From positions 651,892 to 715,891 of the forward strand of contig OZ252023.1 of NCBI GenBank assembly GCA_965247425.1: a stretch of DNA of 64,000 nucleotides. The letters run 5' to 3'. A program made the translations under genes and the position numbers. The notes below the pieces were generated by a model. It saw only the letters and a list, made by a program, of their open reading frames with translations. It was not told the origin of the DNA and searched no databases. The number at the start of each line of letters is the position of its first letter. The stretch's first letter is position 1. Positions 21,019 to 33,729 of the stretch are shown one piece after another. This stretch comes from Terriglobia bacterium. GTDB taxonomy: Bacteria; Acidobacteriota; Terriglobia; 20CM-2-55-15.

Positions 21019-22196
21019 CCCGGCCCACCGTGGAGGTGGCCGACATCCTTCGCGCCGCGGGCAACGACTTTATCGACCGCCATCGAAAACGAATCCATTT
21101 CCAGCAGCTCAAGGTGATGCACGCCATCCAGCATTGCCGCACAGCGGCTCTCGGCGGTCATATCGATGCCTGCTCACGATGTGGTGGCGATCGGGTCCTC
21201 TCCTATAACTCATGCCGTAATCGCCATTGTCCCAAATGCCAGGCTCAGGCGCGTCAGCGTTGGATCGCGGCCAGAGAACGAGAGCTTCTGGCAACACGAT
21301 ACTTCCATGTCGTGTTCACCCTGCCGCACCAATTGCATTCGCTCGTCCGACAGAACCAGGTCGAGCTCTACAACCTGCTGGTCCGCACTGTGGCCGAGAC
21401 TCTTCTGGAGGTCGCTCGAAATCCCAAACATCTTGGCGCGAGAATCGGCTTCTTCCTCATCCTGCACACGTGGGGTCAGAACGTGCTGTTTCATCCTCAC
21501 ATCCACTGCGTCATTCCCGCCGGAGGAATCGCACCGGGCCGTGCGCGTTGGATTCATCCGCGATACCCGTTCTTCCTACCTGTGAAGGTTCTGGGAAAAC
21601 TATTCCGCGGCAAGTTCGTTGACGGATTGCAGAAGGCTTTTCGCAAGAAGAGCCTGACCTTCGCCGGACAGATCCAGCACCTTTCCGAACCGAAGCACTT
21701 TGCGGCTTTCTTGCGACCGTTATTCCGCCAAGATTGGGTCGTCTATGCGAAGCCGGCATTCGGCGGCCCCGAACAGGTTCTTCGATACCTCGGACGCTAC
21801 ACACACCGCGTCGCCATCTCCAATCATCGATTGCTTTCCTTCGACGGCAGCCATGTCACATTCCGTTGGCGGGATTACTCTCGCGGTAACAAAGCAAGGA
21901 CGATGACGGTTTCCGCCGCCGAGTTCATCCGCCGATTCCTGCTCCACGTACTGCCGAAAGGCTTTGTCCGCATCCGGCACTTCGGTTTCATGGCGAACTC
22001 CCAACGATCCGTATCCATGGAACTTTGTCATCGGTTATTGGGAATGGCGCCGGTCCCTCCTCCTGAGGAAGTCCCGTCAACCAGCTCCGCCTGGCTGTGT
22101 CCAATCTGTCATGCCCCGATGACCGTTATCGAGAGGCTCACTGCGACCGAACTCGCATGGAGATTCGCTTCGAAATGCTTTTTAGACACGTCGTAA
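21015..22196 (+). CDS. IS91-family (HUH, rolling-circle) transposase
   Basis: N-terminal Zn-binding CxxC…CxxC, HUH motif HPHIHCVIPAGG, and Y-motif YLGRYTHRVAISNHRL. It is coupled to the upstream integrase (ATGA overlap). Confidence 0.8.
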   Translation: MTRPTVEVADILRAAGNDFIDRHRKRIHFQQLKVMHAIQHCRTAALGGHIDACSRCGGDRVLSYNSCRNRHCPKCQAQARQRWIAARERELLATRYFHVVFTLPHQLHSLVRQNQVELYNLLVRTVAETLLEVARNPKHLGARIGFFLILHTWGQNVLFHPHIHCVIPAGGIAPGRARWIHPRYPFFLPVKVLGKLFRGKFVDGLQKAFRKKSLTFAGQIQHLSEPKHFAAFLRPLFRQDWVVYAKPAFGGPEQVLRYLGRYTHRVAISNHRLLSFDGSHVTFRWRDYSRGNKARTMTVSAAEFIRRFLLHVLPKGFVRIRHFGFMANSQRSVSMELCHRLLGMAPVPPPEEVPSTSSAWLCPICHAPMTVIERLTATELAWRFASKCFLDTS

Positions 22197-22753
22197 CAGG
22201 GATTCCAAATCCATGCCTTCCAGACGTGCTGGTGCACGCCAACGCCCACGTGCGCCTTGATGTCAAAAGTTCGTACCGATCGGGCCTGGACCTGCTCGGT
22301 GAACTCTCCAAAACGGACGATCGGCCGCCATACATTCATTGTCGCCGCCTGGCCACACTCGCTGGTCGAGTCTCACTCGTGAGAACTTCAACCCCCAACC
22401 CCGTACTTTCTCCATAGCCCACCGCGTTCGCCACAAACGCCAGCGCCTTCCTTCAAACGTCGTTATCGAAAGTGCCCGAAGATCTCGTCACCACCACGCC
22501 TTATCGCTCGGCACTCCCGATGAACGCTAAGCGTTTTTCAGGAGTAATCCTGTCTGTCGCGAATTCGTAACGATCCGAGAAATCGCTCGGTATTCTCATC
22601 CTTCGAACAGAGTGTTCCCGAAATTGCGATCGCGGAACGTGCAAAGCGTGCGGCCGTAGACAGCGATTCGCCGGATCACAACCCTGGGCCGGCGCTCGAT
22701 TGCGAACACGGCGAAGAATCGCCGCGTCAGGTAGACCCTTCCGTGTTCGAGTT

Positions 22754-24010
22754 TCAAGCCGCAATCGGCGTTTGATAGAGTCCGCCGCAATGCTGTTCCC
22801 ATCCGTGGCGGTTGAGCGTCGCGATATCCTTCGGCTGTTGGACTGGTGTCCGTCCATCCAGAGACGTGTGAGCCCGATGAATATTGTAGAAATCCCCAAA
22901 GTCCGACAACTTCTGCTCCAGGTCAAGCGCAGTCCAGAACAGCATCCGATCTAAGCATTCTCTCCGAATTGTGCCGATCAACCGCTCCACGAAAGGATGA
23001 GATAGAGGCACATAGGGAACCGATTTCACTTCATCCACTCCCAGCACACGAAGGTTGGACTGCCATTGGTGAAACAGGTACAGAGGATCGTTGTCCGAAC
23101 TGATGCGCTTCGGAGTCGAGTGACCTCGAATGGCCTTGTTAAACATGCAGCACAGTGCCGTGCCATCATCGATTCCGGCATGAACACCAAAGCCGACGAT
23201 CCGCCGAGTGTATTGGTCCATCACCACCAGAACCCAGTGTGTTCGCAGTATCGCGGACTCGCACCGAAACAGATCGATGCTCCAAAGACTGTCTTTCGCA
23301 TGTCCCAGAAATGTTAGCCATGACGGGCCGCTCGAATCCGGTTCCGGTCGATAGTGCACGGCGAGAACACGGCGGACGACATCCTTGTCGATTTCAACGT
23401 CAAAGGCCAGGCCGATCTGTTGCGCGATCCGCCGACAACCCCACCTCGTATTACGCCGCTTCATCTCGACGATGGCGTCAACCAGTTCCTTCGACGGACC
23501 TTTGGGTCCGCTGCGGCGCCCCTTCGGCGAAAACAACAATCGGTACTTTCGGTTTCGAAGAATTCGATGGAATTCCAGAATCGTCGAAGGTCTCAGCACG
23601 ATGGCTGTACGGATCAACCGGGACGGACTCATGAACAATGCACACAGACCCGAAATGATCCGATCTGAAGCCCTGAGATTCGGGGCCCGTTTCCGCGAGC
23701 GATTGAGTATGAGCATCTGCTGCTTGACCAACAAAGTTTCGGCGACAATCGAACGCAGACCGCCGGGGCCCAGAAGCCGAGCAAGCGTTGAAATGAGGTG
23801 AACCAGCAGGATAATCAGATCGCGCATCGGCCAATTTTGGCGATTACGCCCAAGGATGGCAAGGCTTGAAATATCAACGGATTGCGCGACAGATTTGTAA
23901 TTCGCCACACACAGGTCGCTCGAATCGGTGCCAGCGCTTTTCGCACGTTTCGGCATAGCGAACGACCCAACGCAAAATTGTCGTGTGCGAAATCGATAAA
24001 CCGCGCTCAT
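22754..24010 (-). CDS. rve/DDE-type transposase (IS481/ISNCY-like)
   Basis: Integrase-core pattern GHAKDSLWSIDLF…VVMDQYTRRIVGFGV…. The likely true start is MRDLIILLVHL at about 23827. Possible imperfect TIRs lie near 22552 and 23890. Confidence 0.55.
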   Translation of the reverse strand: MSAVYRFRTRQFCVGSFAMPKRAKSAGTDSSDLCVANYKSVAQSVDISSLAILGRNRQNWPMRDLIILLVHLISTLARLLGPGGLRSIVAETLLVKQQMLILNRSRKRAPNLRASDRIISGLCALFMSPSRLIRTAIVLRPSTILEFHRILRNRKYRLLFSPKGRRSGPKGPSKELVDAIVEMKRRNTRWGCRRIAQQIGLAFDVEIDKDVVRRVLAVHYRPEPDSSGPSWLTFLGHAKDSLWSIDLFRCESAILRTHWVLVVMDQYTRRIVGFGVHAGIDDGTALCCMFNKAIRGHSTPKRISSDNDPLYLFHQWQSNLRVLGVDEVKSVPYVPLSHPFVERLIGTIRRECLDRMLFWTALDLEQKLSDFGDFYNIHRAHTSLDGRTPVQQPKDIATLNRHGWEQHCGGLYQTPIAA

Positions 24011-24445
24011 CTAGAATCGCAACAAGGTCCCGGTAACTCAGTTTTGAAGCGAAAATACCAGCGAAGGCAGAGGAGAATGATGTCGTCTTCGAACCAACGC
24101 CCGGCGAAAAGAGGATTCCGTTCAGTTTTGCGATGCGCCATAACCCATTATCGCCAATTCCCTTGGGTGTCTGCACCAGAACCCAGCCATGCTCCACCAG
24201 CAGCAGGATTCGCACAGTACTCACCTAATGCAGAATGGCGACGTCTCTCCCTTTGGCTTTCACGACCACGCAGGGACGTCAGGCTTGAGTCGATCGAGCA
24301 GGGAAGCATAGGCGTCCAGAAACGTGGTGCCCCGCGCCTCATTCCAGCTGATTCCCGTCGTGAAACGGCTGGAAATATTCGACGGAGTGTTGCAAGATGA
24401 GTCTGCCGACGAGAAACTGTTTCAAGCTCAGAGGTCGACATTAGA

Positions 24446-25282
24446 ATGATTTTCAACCGACCGATTCTCACACTCATCGCTATCGTCCTGACCGCCGGTT
24501 GTTTCACTCCGGCCTACGCCCAGGACGGCGCGCCTGAGCATCCCGTGATCAGGCCGATGACAGGAGCGACGCTCAGCCCGGCGTCAACCTTCGCGGAGTT
24601 TGGCCGGCTAGCGCTCAATTTCCGAGAGGGAGGCCGGTCGATGCAGACGGAGGCGGAAGGCAAACACTGGCACCTGGAGTATCAGCTCGACGACGCGACG
24701 ACAAGCCGTGATGAAATCATCGCCAACTACGAGTCGGAAGCGCGCCGGATCGGCGGTGACGTGCTCAACCGAAGGGCGACGCGCCTTCTCTTCCGGCTGC
24801 CGCGTCCGGGCGGCGGGTTCACGTGGTGCCGGCTCGACACGCGGGCGGGAGGCCGGTATGTGCTCGAGATCATCGACGAAGCCGGACTGGACCTGAGCGT
24901 CGAGTTCGATGCCGACGCGTTGCTCGAAGCCCTGGACCGGGACGGTCAGATCGCCATCTACGGGATCCTCTTCGATACCGACCGAGCCGACCTGAGGCCT
25001 GGTAGCGGGCAGGTGCTCGACACGATCGCGACGATCCTGAAGGCGAATTCCGGGCTCCGCCTCGAGGTGGCAGGGCACACCGACTCGACCGGTTCGGCAG
25101 AACGCAACCGCGAACTGTCGCTCGAGCGTGCGCGCGCCGTCGTCAACGCCCTGGCGCTGTATGGTATCGGCCAGGGGCGTCTCATCGCGAGCGGTTACGG
25201 CTCTGATCAGCCCGTCGCGGACAACGCCACCGAAGAAGGGCGCCAGCAGAATCGAAGAGTGGAGTTGGTCAAGCGGCAATAG
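24446..25282 (+). CDS. OmpA-family peptidoglycan-binding protein
   Basis: C-terminal OmpA-like domain (…LEVAGHTDSTGSAERNRELSLERARAV…RRVELV) with an N-terminal signal peptide. Confidence 0.75.
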   Translation: MIFNRPILTLIAIVLTAGCFTPAYAQDGAPEHPVIRPMTGATLSPASTFAEFGRLALNFREGGRSMQTEAEGKHWHLEYQLDDATTSRDEIIANYESEARRIGGDVLNRRATRLLFRLPRPGGGFTWCRLDTRAGGRYVLEIIDEAGLDLSVEFDADALLEALDRDGQIAIYGILFDTDRADLRPGSGQVLDTIATILKANSGLRLEVAGHTDSTGSAERNRELSLERARAVVNALALYGIGQGRLIASGYGSDQPVADNATEEGRQQNRRVELVKRQ

Positions 25283-25335
25283 CTTGAGGAGATCGTCAAC
25301 TTGCAGGCGGAAAAGTGCCAAGAAGCGCCTTTGCG

Positions 25336-26129
25336 GGCACTGTCAAGTTGATCGGCAGATCCCGAATTGAGACCTGATGCTCGTCGGTTGATCATCCTGC
25401 CGTAATCGCATTCCAAGTCGTGAAAGAACGTTCTCGGAGCATCCGATGATGCGCCGATTTCAGCCGGTGTCGAGAGAGTCTGAGGAGGTTCAGAACAAGA
25501 CCGTGAACAGAAAGGAACCGTTGAGTCTGGGCCGGAGACTTGAACCTTCTCATCTGCCGCTCCCGCTGTCGGGTCGGTTGGTGTGAGACTTCTGCTCGAT
25601 TGTTCGCCTACCGATTGGTGTCATGATTCACTGAAGGCATGATCGTCCGGAGTGCGGCGCCGTAACTCTTCAACTTGTCCGTAACCAGGCGAAACGGAAC
25701 CTTGCCTTGACCCTTTAAGAGCTTGATAAAGAAGCGCTCCGCTGCCCGACGGTTACGTCGGGATTGCACGAGGATATCGATTACATCACCGTCTTGATCA
25801 ACGGCACGCCAGAGATATTGTCGCTTGCCGTTGATGGTGACGAAGACTTCGTCCAGAAACCACGTATCGCCGAGACGGCCTTGTCGTCGCTTCAGTTTCC
25901 GTGCGTATTCGGGACCGAATTTCGAACACCATTGTCTGATTGCTTCGTAAGAAACGATGATCCCGCGCTTCGCGAGGAGATCTTCCACATCGCGGAAGCT
26001 CAGGCAGAACCGATAGTAATGCCAGACTGCGTGACTGATGATTTCGGCGGGGAATCGGTATCCGTGGTAAGGGGCTCGATGGCATTTCATGGGTTCAGTC
26101 TGCCAGCGACGCGTCAACTTGACACTGCC
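25336..26129 (-). mobile_element. IS6-family element copy 1 (~794 bp), TIR GGCACTGTCAAG…
   Basis: TIRs ggcactgtcaagttg (left) and cttgacactgcc (right) enclose the transposase. Confidence 0.75.
25392..26090 (-). pseudogene. IS6 family transposase with in-frame amber stop (TAG at 25608-25610 replacing conserved Tyr)
   Basis: Reads …HDTNR*ANNRAEVSHQPTRQRERQMRRF…WNAITAG. Intact paralogs have HDT(E/S)RYANNR. The track ORF 25608..26153 is the part upstream of the stop. Confidence 0.7.
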
Positions 26130-26154
26130 TTCATGAGGAACCGGTTTCCACATA

Positions 26155-26775
26155 TCAGGCGTGCCGAATCCTCGCTTTCAGTTTGCTGAGCACCTGTGCG
26201 ACGCCAGGGGGCCGAAGTTTAAAACCAGGAAACTCCGCAATTTCTTCGGAGGTAAACCCTTCGATGAAGTGTAGTTGGAATATTAGAAAATTACGTTGTC
26301 CGTTTTTATCTTGTGTCGCTGACTCTACATTTCTTTCAAGATCAAGCCGTGAGGCATGCGATTCTGCTTCGTTGACTGTCGGCAGCTTATGTTCCCTTAA
26401 GATATCTATGGGAATGATCTTGGCGCTCCTCTTTTGTGAGGTACTGTATCGAAGATGATCTGCGACTACGCTGTTTGCAACTCGGGCAAGAAATGCTCTT
26501 ACTGAAAAGTCTGTCTCGCCTCTGAACGAAGCAAGTGCGCGACGGTCATTCTGAACGAGCTTGGAATAAACCTCTTGTGACAGATCAAGAAGCAAGTCCT
26601 GGATATTTTTATCGGGTGTTTGATGTCTCAACCGGCAGGCACGAAGCAAATACAGCAAAATAAGTCTCTTGAAACGACTTTCGAACTCCTGCCAAAGCCG
26701 ATCTTCGTCCGGTTTACTCCCACACTCACGTAGCAAGTCAGCAGAGTTGAGATCACGCCAAACGCCGGTTGTCAT
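26155..26775 (-). CDS. ECF-type RNA polymerase sigma factor
   Basis: Sigma-70 region 2 (…DLLLDLSQEVYSKLV…) and region 4 (…FIEGFTSEEIAEFPGFKLRPPGVAQVLSKLKARI). Confidence 0.8.
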   Translation of the reverse strand: MTTGVWRDLNSADLLRECGSKPDEDRLWQEFESRFKRLILLYLLRACRLRHQTPDKNIQDLLLDLSQEVYSKLVQNDRRALASFRGETDFSVRAFLARVANSVVADHLRYSTSQKRSAKIIPIDILREHKLPTVNEAESHASRLDLERNVESATQDKNGQRNFLIFQLHFIEGFTSEEIAEFPGFKLRPPGVAQVLSKLKARIRHA

Positions 26776-27605
26776 CGTCCAAGTCTCGCAGTCAACCGAT
26801 CTCGAACTTCGGTTGCCCAACGTGATCTGGAGTCGATCAAGAGATACTGTCGCCAGAATGACTCTTCAGATGCCCTATCACCGAGCCGTTCGTAGCAAAT
26901 AGCTAAGTTAAAGATGGCCGGAGCAAACGTCGGATCCATTTGGGTTGCTAGTTCGAATTCTCCAATCGCTTTTCTCAGACTTTGGTGGTCTGGCCCTTCC
27001 AGATGCACAACACCTAAATCGTTATGTGCTGCAGCGGTGTCTGACTCGAGCAACGATTCTTGCAGATATTGTGCCGCGTTCGTGAAATCGAGGCGGAGTA
27101 GGTAGAAGCGACCGAGGTCAAAGCTGCTGGCTGAACTAAGCATGTCTTGTGCAACTAGATCGTAGTCGACGTCGGATTCAGCTAATCCTCTCTGCTGAAT
27201 CAATGGATTGTGCGGCTGATCGGACAGCCTTGCCTCAAACGGTCTCGATGTTTCCAGCAGTTCTCGGTAAGCGGGATGGTCACTCCAATATGAACTTTGA
27301 GTAACCAGGAGTAGAGTGGTTACGAAAGCAACAACCAACAATGCGGCATATTTCCAGTATGCTCGTTTTGGGGTGTCGACAACGACTTTTCCCCGGCCCG
27401 GCAGCCCCTCTACCAGATCCAAGATTTCGGTTTCTTCAGCTGACTCGTTCCCATCCAAAAGCTTCATCAGGAAGCTCAGCCGCTTCTTACATTTCTTGCA
27501 CTTTACTAAATGGCCCTCAGTGGTCGCTCTGAAGCCAGCTTGAAGTCCATCTTCGAGATAACTCGCTAAATTTTCATCACTTAGACAACTTTCAGCCATA
27601 GCCAT
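26772..27605 (-). CDS. putative anti-sigma factor (zinc-finger CxxC, single TM, TPR-like C-terminal region)
   Basis: CKKCKK zinc motif, a TM helix (AALLVVAFVTTLLLV) and a periplasmic TPR-like region. It is upstream of and overlapping the sigma gene. Confidence 0.5.
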   Translation of the reverse strand: MAMAESCLSDENLASYLEDGLQAGFRATTEGHLVKCKKCKKRLSFLMKLLDGNESAEETEILDLVEGLPGRGKVVVDTPKRAYWKYAALLVVAFVTTLLLVTQSSYWSDHPAYRELLETSRPFEARLSDQPHNPLIQQRGLAESDVDYDLVAQDMLSSASSFDLGRFYLLRLDFTNAAQYLQESLLESDTAAAHNDLGVVHLEGPDHQSLRKAIGEFELATQMDPTFAPAIFNLAICYERLGDRASEESFWRQYLLIDSRSRWATEVRDRLTARLGR

Positions 27606-27770
27606 AACCCAACTTCCTGCAAGATTCTTTCCTCTTTTTTGGGAGGACGCAAGGAATTACTCGAAAACCTTAAGAAAAAGAAAACAGTTCAGGACCGCCG
27701 AATTACGTCTTGCATTTGATGATGAACCATCTCAGAAACTTAAACCCTTCAACACACAGGAGAAATCTCA

Positions 27771-28550
27771 ATGGACAGACGGAATTTCTTGAAGACGGCA
27801 GGTTCGGTTAGTGCGGCGACGTTGATCAGTTTTGATGCTTTTGCAGAGAGCGGTGTGACGCCACTTCATGTGAGAGGACTGGTCATGGTTTCGTTCAATG
27901 ATCCGGACTATCTAAAGCTAGCATTGCCAGAGGCACCTCATCATAAGGCGATCTTGAACATCACTCCGAAGGACGGTGAGCAAAGGACCGTTGGTTTGAA
28001 TGGACATGCACAGGTGGTTGGTGTTGAACACAACAGTTCACAGCCCAAGATTCTTTTGCCGGAGTTGGTGAAGATGACAGAGATCTACGGGAGTTCGATC
28101 AAGTCTCTGATGGAGAAGAGTCACTCGATCATTTCCATACCGTGGTCTGCTGTTCATTCGATCTCAACTCATAAGGTGAGCAAGAACCGCTGGACCTTCA
28201 TCCGTGAAGACACCGGAAACGAGGTACAAACTTTTCGGCCTCGCAAGCTCGCTGAATCGCTTAAGATTGAGCTACGGTCCACAGCAACACTAAAGTTCAA
28301 TGATGGAAAGCTCTCTGTACCGTTGAGTGAGGTGCGAGAGCTGGGTACGGATTTCATACCGGTGAGCAATGAGGTTGGCGATTTCTCAGATCACTTTGCC
28401 TACTACATGCCGTACGTGGAAACAGGTAACAAACCGTTCGGAGTCAAGCCAAAGGAGCTTGGCAAGCGTAACCAACAGACTCCTAGTTTTGGAAACTCGT
28501 TTGCGATGGTGATTCCGTTGATGGTTTGCTTCCTTATTGAACTGCCGTAA
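27771..28550 (+). CDS. Tat-signal secreted hypothetical protein
   Basis: Twin-arginine motif RRNFLK followed by a hydrophobic stretch. Lower-GC segment. Confidence 0.55.
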   Translation: MDRRNFLKTAGSVSAATLISFDAFAESGVTPLHVRGLVMVSFNDPDYLKLALPEAPHHKAILNITPKDGEQRTVGLNGHAQVVGVEHNSSQPKILLPELVKMTEIYGSSIKSLMEKSHSIISIPWSAVHSISTHKVSKNRWTFIREDTGNEVQTFRPRKLAESLKIELRSTATLKFNDGKLSVPLSEVRELGTDFIPVSNEVGDFSDHFAYYMPYVETGNKPFGVKPKELGKRNQQTPSFGNSFAMVIPLMVCFLIELP

Positions 28551-28553
28551 ATA

Positions 28554-29077
28554 TTGTTGAGTTCCAGACAGATGGTTTCTCCACTCACAGTCAAGAAACG
28601 ATACGTCGCTCCTGTGGTGATTGTTCTATTGCTGGCCACATTACCGACGATGGCTAACCTGTATCGTGAGAAACGAGCAGAACTGCTTATTCGCAATTCC
28701 CTGGCAAAAATTGAGAGGAGAGGCCGTCTGTTTGGGATCTCAACAGAAAAGCCCGATGGGGAAACTAGACCGGACTTAGCGACGGCGCAACGATTCCTCG
28801 TCGGGTTGCCGCAATCATCTCAGAGACAGATTTTACAAGCCTACATTCACGTTTGCACTCAGCGATGGGTCAGAGCAGCCCATATGCTGGAAGCCCAAGC
28901 GCTACTGCACCCAGATAATCCTGTCCTGGCGAATGATCTGGGCGTTATCTACCTTGAATTGGCAAGCGATGACGTTCTGTACCTTATCCGAGCGCTCTCA
29001 CAGTTTCAAATCGCCAAACAGATCACACCGCAATCGTCCGAGCCAAAACTCAATCTTGTCCTAGCGTATCGTCAACT
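28554..29077 (+). pseudogene. TM + TPR-like protein interrupted by IS3 insertion; C-terminal remainder at 30391..30515 ends with an HPYYWSGF motif
   Basis: The ORF reads through …LNLVLAYRQL, then the IS3 left TIR follows. After the IS, removing ~4 bp restores the frame: …LAYGHLSVVAALREAQISFLREFSQFSHPYYWSGFVVTGNQ. Confidence 0.5.
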
Positions 29078-29107
29078 TGAACCGCCCCGGGTTTTCCGGA
29101 GACGGTT

Positions 29108-30348
<1,241 letters not shown>

Positions 30349-30517
30349 CCTCTCAAGTAATGGTGTCTCCGGGAAACCCGGGGCGGTTCAAACAGCTGGC
30401 GTATGGACATTTGTCAGTTGTTGCGGCTTTGCGGGAGGCCCAGATTTCTTTTCTTAGAGAGTTTTCCCAGTTTAGTCATCCTTATTATTGGTCTGGATTT
30501 GTCGTAACTGGTAACCA

Positions 30518-30660
30518 GGGCACTGTCAATTTAACGAACTCAAGTCAGCATGAGGCGAGATGGTCGGAGATCAGGCTGCTGTCACCGCTGCCCAAACTTT
30601 GAGAGACGGTTCCCGCAGCATTCGATGATGGACTGCCCTCAACCGCTGGCGACCAGTTCG
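30518..30660 (-). mobile_element. IS6-family remnant (terminal ~140 bp including the TIR and the last ~45 codons of the transposase)
   Basis: TIR gggcactgtcaatttaacgaactc is identical to the IS6 copy at 45526. The reverse frame reads …VIQNLFRTGRQRLRAVHHRMLREPSLKVWAAVTAA*. Confidence 0.5.
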
Positions 30661-30900
30661 GAACAGATTCTGAATGACAGTTCTTGGTGCAGATAGGATC
30701 GTCGGAACGATAACACCAGGAGTGCACTGCGACGATGCGGACTATCCTGCCATGACGTGACGCCAGATCACCGCGGCATTCGACTGCAATGTGATCGGAA
30801 GTGCGAACTGGCGTTTGTGAATCTTCTGCGCCAGCTCGACGCCCGGTTCTGTCAACTTATCAACCGCCGACCGAACCGATGCCTCAGGCTCGCCAGTTAA

Positions 30901-31084
30901 TCAACCGCCTGTGACGGCTTCCCAGGTCGCAAGAGAACGTGCTCGCAGCATGCGGTGGTGAACTGCTCTGAGTCTGTGCCTGGACAATCGGAAGAGATTC
31001 AGAACGACGCCATGCACCGAGAGGAAAAGTTGAGCTTGTTGTGGAGACTTGAAACGTCGCATTTGTCGCTCTCGCTGGCGGGTC
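30901..31084 (-). pseudogene. IS6 transposase C-terminal piece (PTRQRERQMRRFKSPQQAQLFLSVHGVVLNLFRLSRHRLRAVHHRMLRARSLATWEAVTGG*)
   Basis: It continues the piece at 33844.. across IS21-A copy 2; the …SHEP|TRQRE… join is seamless once one GGTT is removed. Confidence 0.7.
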
Positions 31085-31384
31085 GGTTTGGGTTTGTCCA
31101 CCCGGTCTGGCCCACTTTTGATCGTCTGATTTGGCCCACCCCCTCCTGTTAATAATTCCGAGTAGTGATAATTACCGTCGGGCCTGTGTTGTAGATGTGG
31201 GAAAGCCGAGCGCCCTTGGCGAGGCTTTTCCAAGCGCTGTGGGAATCCTGGTTTTTAGGATTTCCACAGCGCGTCATCTTCCACAGGCCTCCGTTTCTTT
31301 CTTTTTGGTTCTTTTTCTTTCTTTCGGGAAAAAACTCCGTTTCCAGGATCGCCCAGGATCGACGACCGCGCGGCGATCCGACCC

Positions 31385-32197
31385 TCAGGACGTGGTTTGT
31401 TTCGCGGGTTTCTCCTTTCCAGGCGGATGCCGTGGTTTCTGTCGTTTCTCCAACGTGCGCCGAAACCGGAAGGATTCGGTTCCGGTCTCGATGATGTGAG
31501 CGCGATCGGTTATCCGGTCCAGCAACGCCTTGCACAGCCGAACATTGGGAAACACCTGGGTCCATTCCGAGAACGGCAGATTCGTTGTCAAGATCACCGT
31601 CGCCCGCTCGGCTCGATCCGAGATGACTTGAAAGAGGAGTTCGGCGCCGAGGTCTGCCATCGGGACATAGCCGACTTCGTCGATGGCAATCAACTCGTAT
31701 CGGAACCATCGGGCCAGAACCCGGCGGAACTGGTCGTTGTGGTGGGCCTCGACCAACTCGTTGATCAAGCCGGCGGCCGTCGTAAAGCGAACCCGCTTCT
31801 TCTGCCGACAAGCGGCCACGCACAGTCCTGTGGCCAGGTGCGTCTTGCCCGTTCCACACTCCCCGATCAGGACGACAGGTTCGGCGTGTTCTAAATAGCC
31901 ACCGTCTGCGAGTCCACGGATCCGGTTGGCTGGAACCTTCGACCGCGAGAAGTCAAAGTCCTCGAGTGTCTTCATTCGAGGGAAACGTGCGGCTTGAATC
32001 CGCCGGGCCACGGTGTTCCGTTCGCGTTCTTCAACTTCCATCGCCAGCAAGGCTTCCAGATACCGTGTGTAGGTGTGCTCTTCCCGCTGGGCCTGCTCGG
32101 CCATGGCCGCAAACTGCGTTCCGATCGTGGGCGTCCGGAGAGCTTTACAGTACTGCTGAATCGCCGCCTGTTCGACCCCGCCGGCTGTGGCGGACAC
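31385..32197 (-). CDS. istB: IS21 family helper ATPase IstB (intact)
   Basis: Walker [12 protein letters not shown] and Walker B LIAIDEVG; 270 aa. Confidence 0.9.
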   Translation of the reverse strand: MSATAGGVEQAAIQQYCKALRTPTIGTQFAAMAEQAQREEHTYTRYLEALLAMEVEERERNTVARRIQAARFPRMKTLEDFDFSRSKVPANRIRGLADGGYLEHAEPVVLIGECGTGKTHLATGLCVAACRQKKRVRFTTAAGLINELVEAHHNDQFRRVLARWFRYELIAIDEVGYVPMADLGAELLFQVISDRAERATVILTTNLPFSEWTQVFPNVRLCKALLDRITDRAHIIETGTESFRFRRTLEKRQKPRHPPGKEKPAKQTTS

Positions 32198-33729
32198 TAG
32201 ACCACCTCCGCAGTGAGCAGTGCATCGTAAGTATTCACCTCCGGCAGGGGCCGCTCATAAGCGCGTAGTGCGGCCACTTCCAGTCGCGGCGCCGCCGGCC
32301 GGTCGAATCGGGCCTCGGTCATCAGGTAGCGCGCCGCGGCGGCATCGGAGCATCCCAGGCGCAGGGCTTGTTGGAATGCGGAATCCAGCTCGCTATAGCC
32401 ATGTTCCCGGCCCAGTAGGAGCAACTCCACCATTGCGCGGGTCCCATTCTGTTTTCCGTTGCGATCGATCAACGTCTGCCAGAACTCGTCATAGCTTTTC
32501 GGCCATCGGCCCTGTTGCCGCCATTGCTCCAGAGGCTTGCTCCCGGCCAGCGCGCCCGGCTTCCGCTCCAACACCTCCAGATAATGTTCCAGATTGAAGA
32601 AGTGCTGGCCGTTTCCATATCCTCGCTCATGCCGCGCCACGCATCCGCCATCGTGCCAGACCTCCACGTAGGCCGGAAAAACGCTCGCCCGCACCACAGT
32701 CCCGGCCTTGACGGGGGCGGAGTAGAAGTTGTTACGCACCCGTACACATCCCTTACCATCGACTCGTGGAAAGCTGTCCTCGGCCAGAGGGAACCCTTCG
32801 GTCGATAACGCGAGCAGATGGGGCTGTTCGATCTGCATCCCTTCACCCACCGTCTGGACCCGATCGCCGATCTTGCGCCGTTCATCGGCACGGCAACCGG
32901 CCAGCAGCTGCGCATTCAGATCCGCCAGGTCCTTCGCCTTCGGCACCGGTACCAGGTGATTGCGCCGGAAGTATCCGGCTTCGCCTTCCACACCGCCTTT
33001 CTCGTGGCCCTCGCCGGGTGTGCAGAACTCGGCTTGAAACTTCCAATGCGACCGAAACGCGATGAACCGTTCGGTCTCTACACGCCGGTATCCCCGCAGA
33101 ATCTTCTTCACCGCGCTGGTCAGGTTGTCATAACGCAGCACCCCGAAGACCCCCGCAAAATAGCGGAAACCCAACTCATGAGCCTCCAGGAATGCCTGTT
33201 GTGTCGCCCGAGGATAAGCTCGATGGAATGCGCCACCACTGCCCATGCTCCGCATACAGAAAACCTGGAGCTTCTGCCGTTCGCCATCCAACTCCGCGAC
33301 GGCTTCGTACCAGTCGATCTGTGCTTCCTGACCCCAGGCGTAGCTTTGCGGCACGAACGTCTCCTGTCGGATGAAACCCATCTCCCGCTTCCGCCGCCCG
33401 ACATACCGGCGAACCGTCGATTCCCCAATCGGATGTTTCGGAAATTCCATCCGGATCCGTTCGTAGATCCGGTGACTGGTGTGCCGCTGCTTCCGCGGGG
33501 CCTGCCTGTCCGCCTCCAACACCCCGTTGATAAATTCCATAACCGGCTCCAGCCTCGGCCTCTTCCGCTCCGGGCTCTTCCTCGCCGGCGGCACGGCGTT
33601 TCCCAGCGCTTGACGCACCATCCGCCGATGCACCCCCAGCCGCCGGGCCACACCCTGGATCGTTCCCACACCAAACTCGTGCTCTCGCCGAATCTCTTCA
33701 AATAATTCCACCTTCGATCTCCTTGACAC
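32197..33729 (-). CDS. istA: IS21 family transposase IstA
   Basis: 510 aa, near-identical to 17192..18724. Confidence 0.9.
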   Translation of the reverse strand: MSRRSKVELFEEIRREHEFGVGTIQGVARRLGVHRRMVRQALGNAVPPARKSPERKRPRLEPVMEFINGVLEADRQAPRKQRHTSHRIYERIRMEFPKHPIGESTVRRYVGRRKREMGFIRQETFVPQSYAWGQEAQIDWYEAVAELDGERQKLQVFCMRSMGSGGAFHRAYPRATQQAFLEAHELGFRYFAGVFGVLRYDNLTSAVKKILRGYRRVETERFIAFRSHWKFQAEFCTPGEGHEKGGVEGEAGYFRRNHLVPVPKAKDLADLNAQLLAGCRADERRKIGDRVQTVGEGMQIEQPHLLALSTEGFPLAEDSFPRVDGKGCVRVRNNFYSAPVKAGTVVRASVFPAYVEVWHDGGCVARHERGYGNGQHFFNLEHYLEVLERKPGALAGSKPLEQWRQQGRWPKSYDEFWQTLIDRNGKQNGTRAMVELLLLGREHGYSELDSAFQQALRLGCSDAAAARYLMTEARFDRPAAPRLEVAALRAYERPLPEVNTYDALLTAEVV

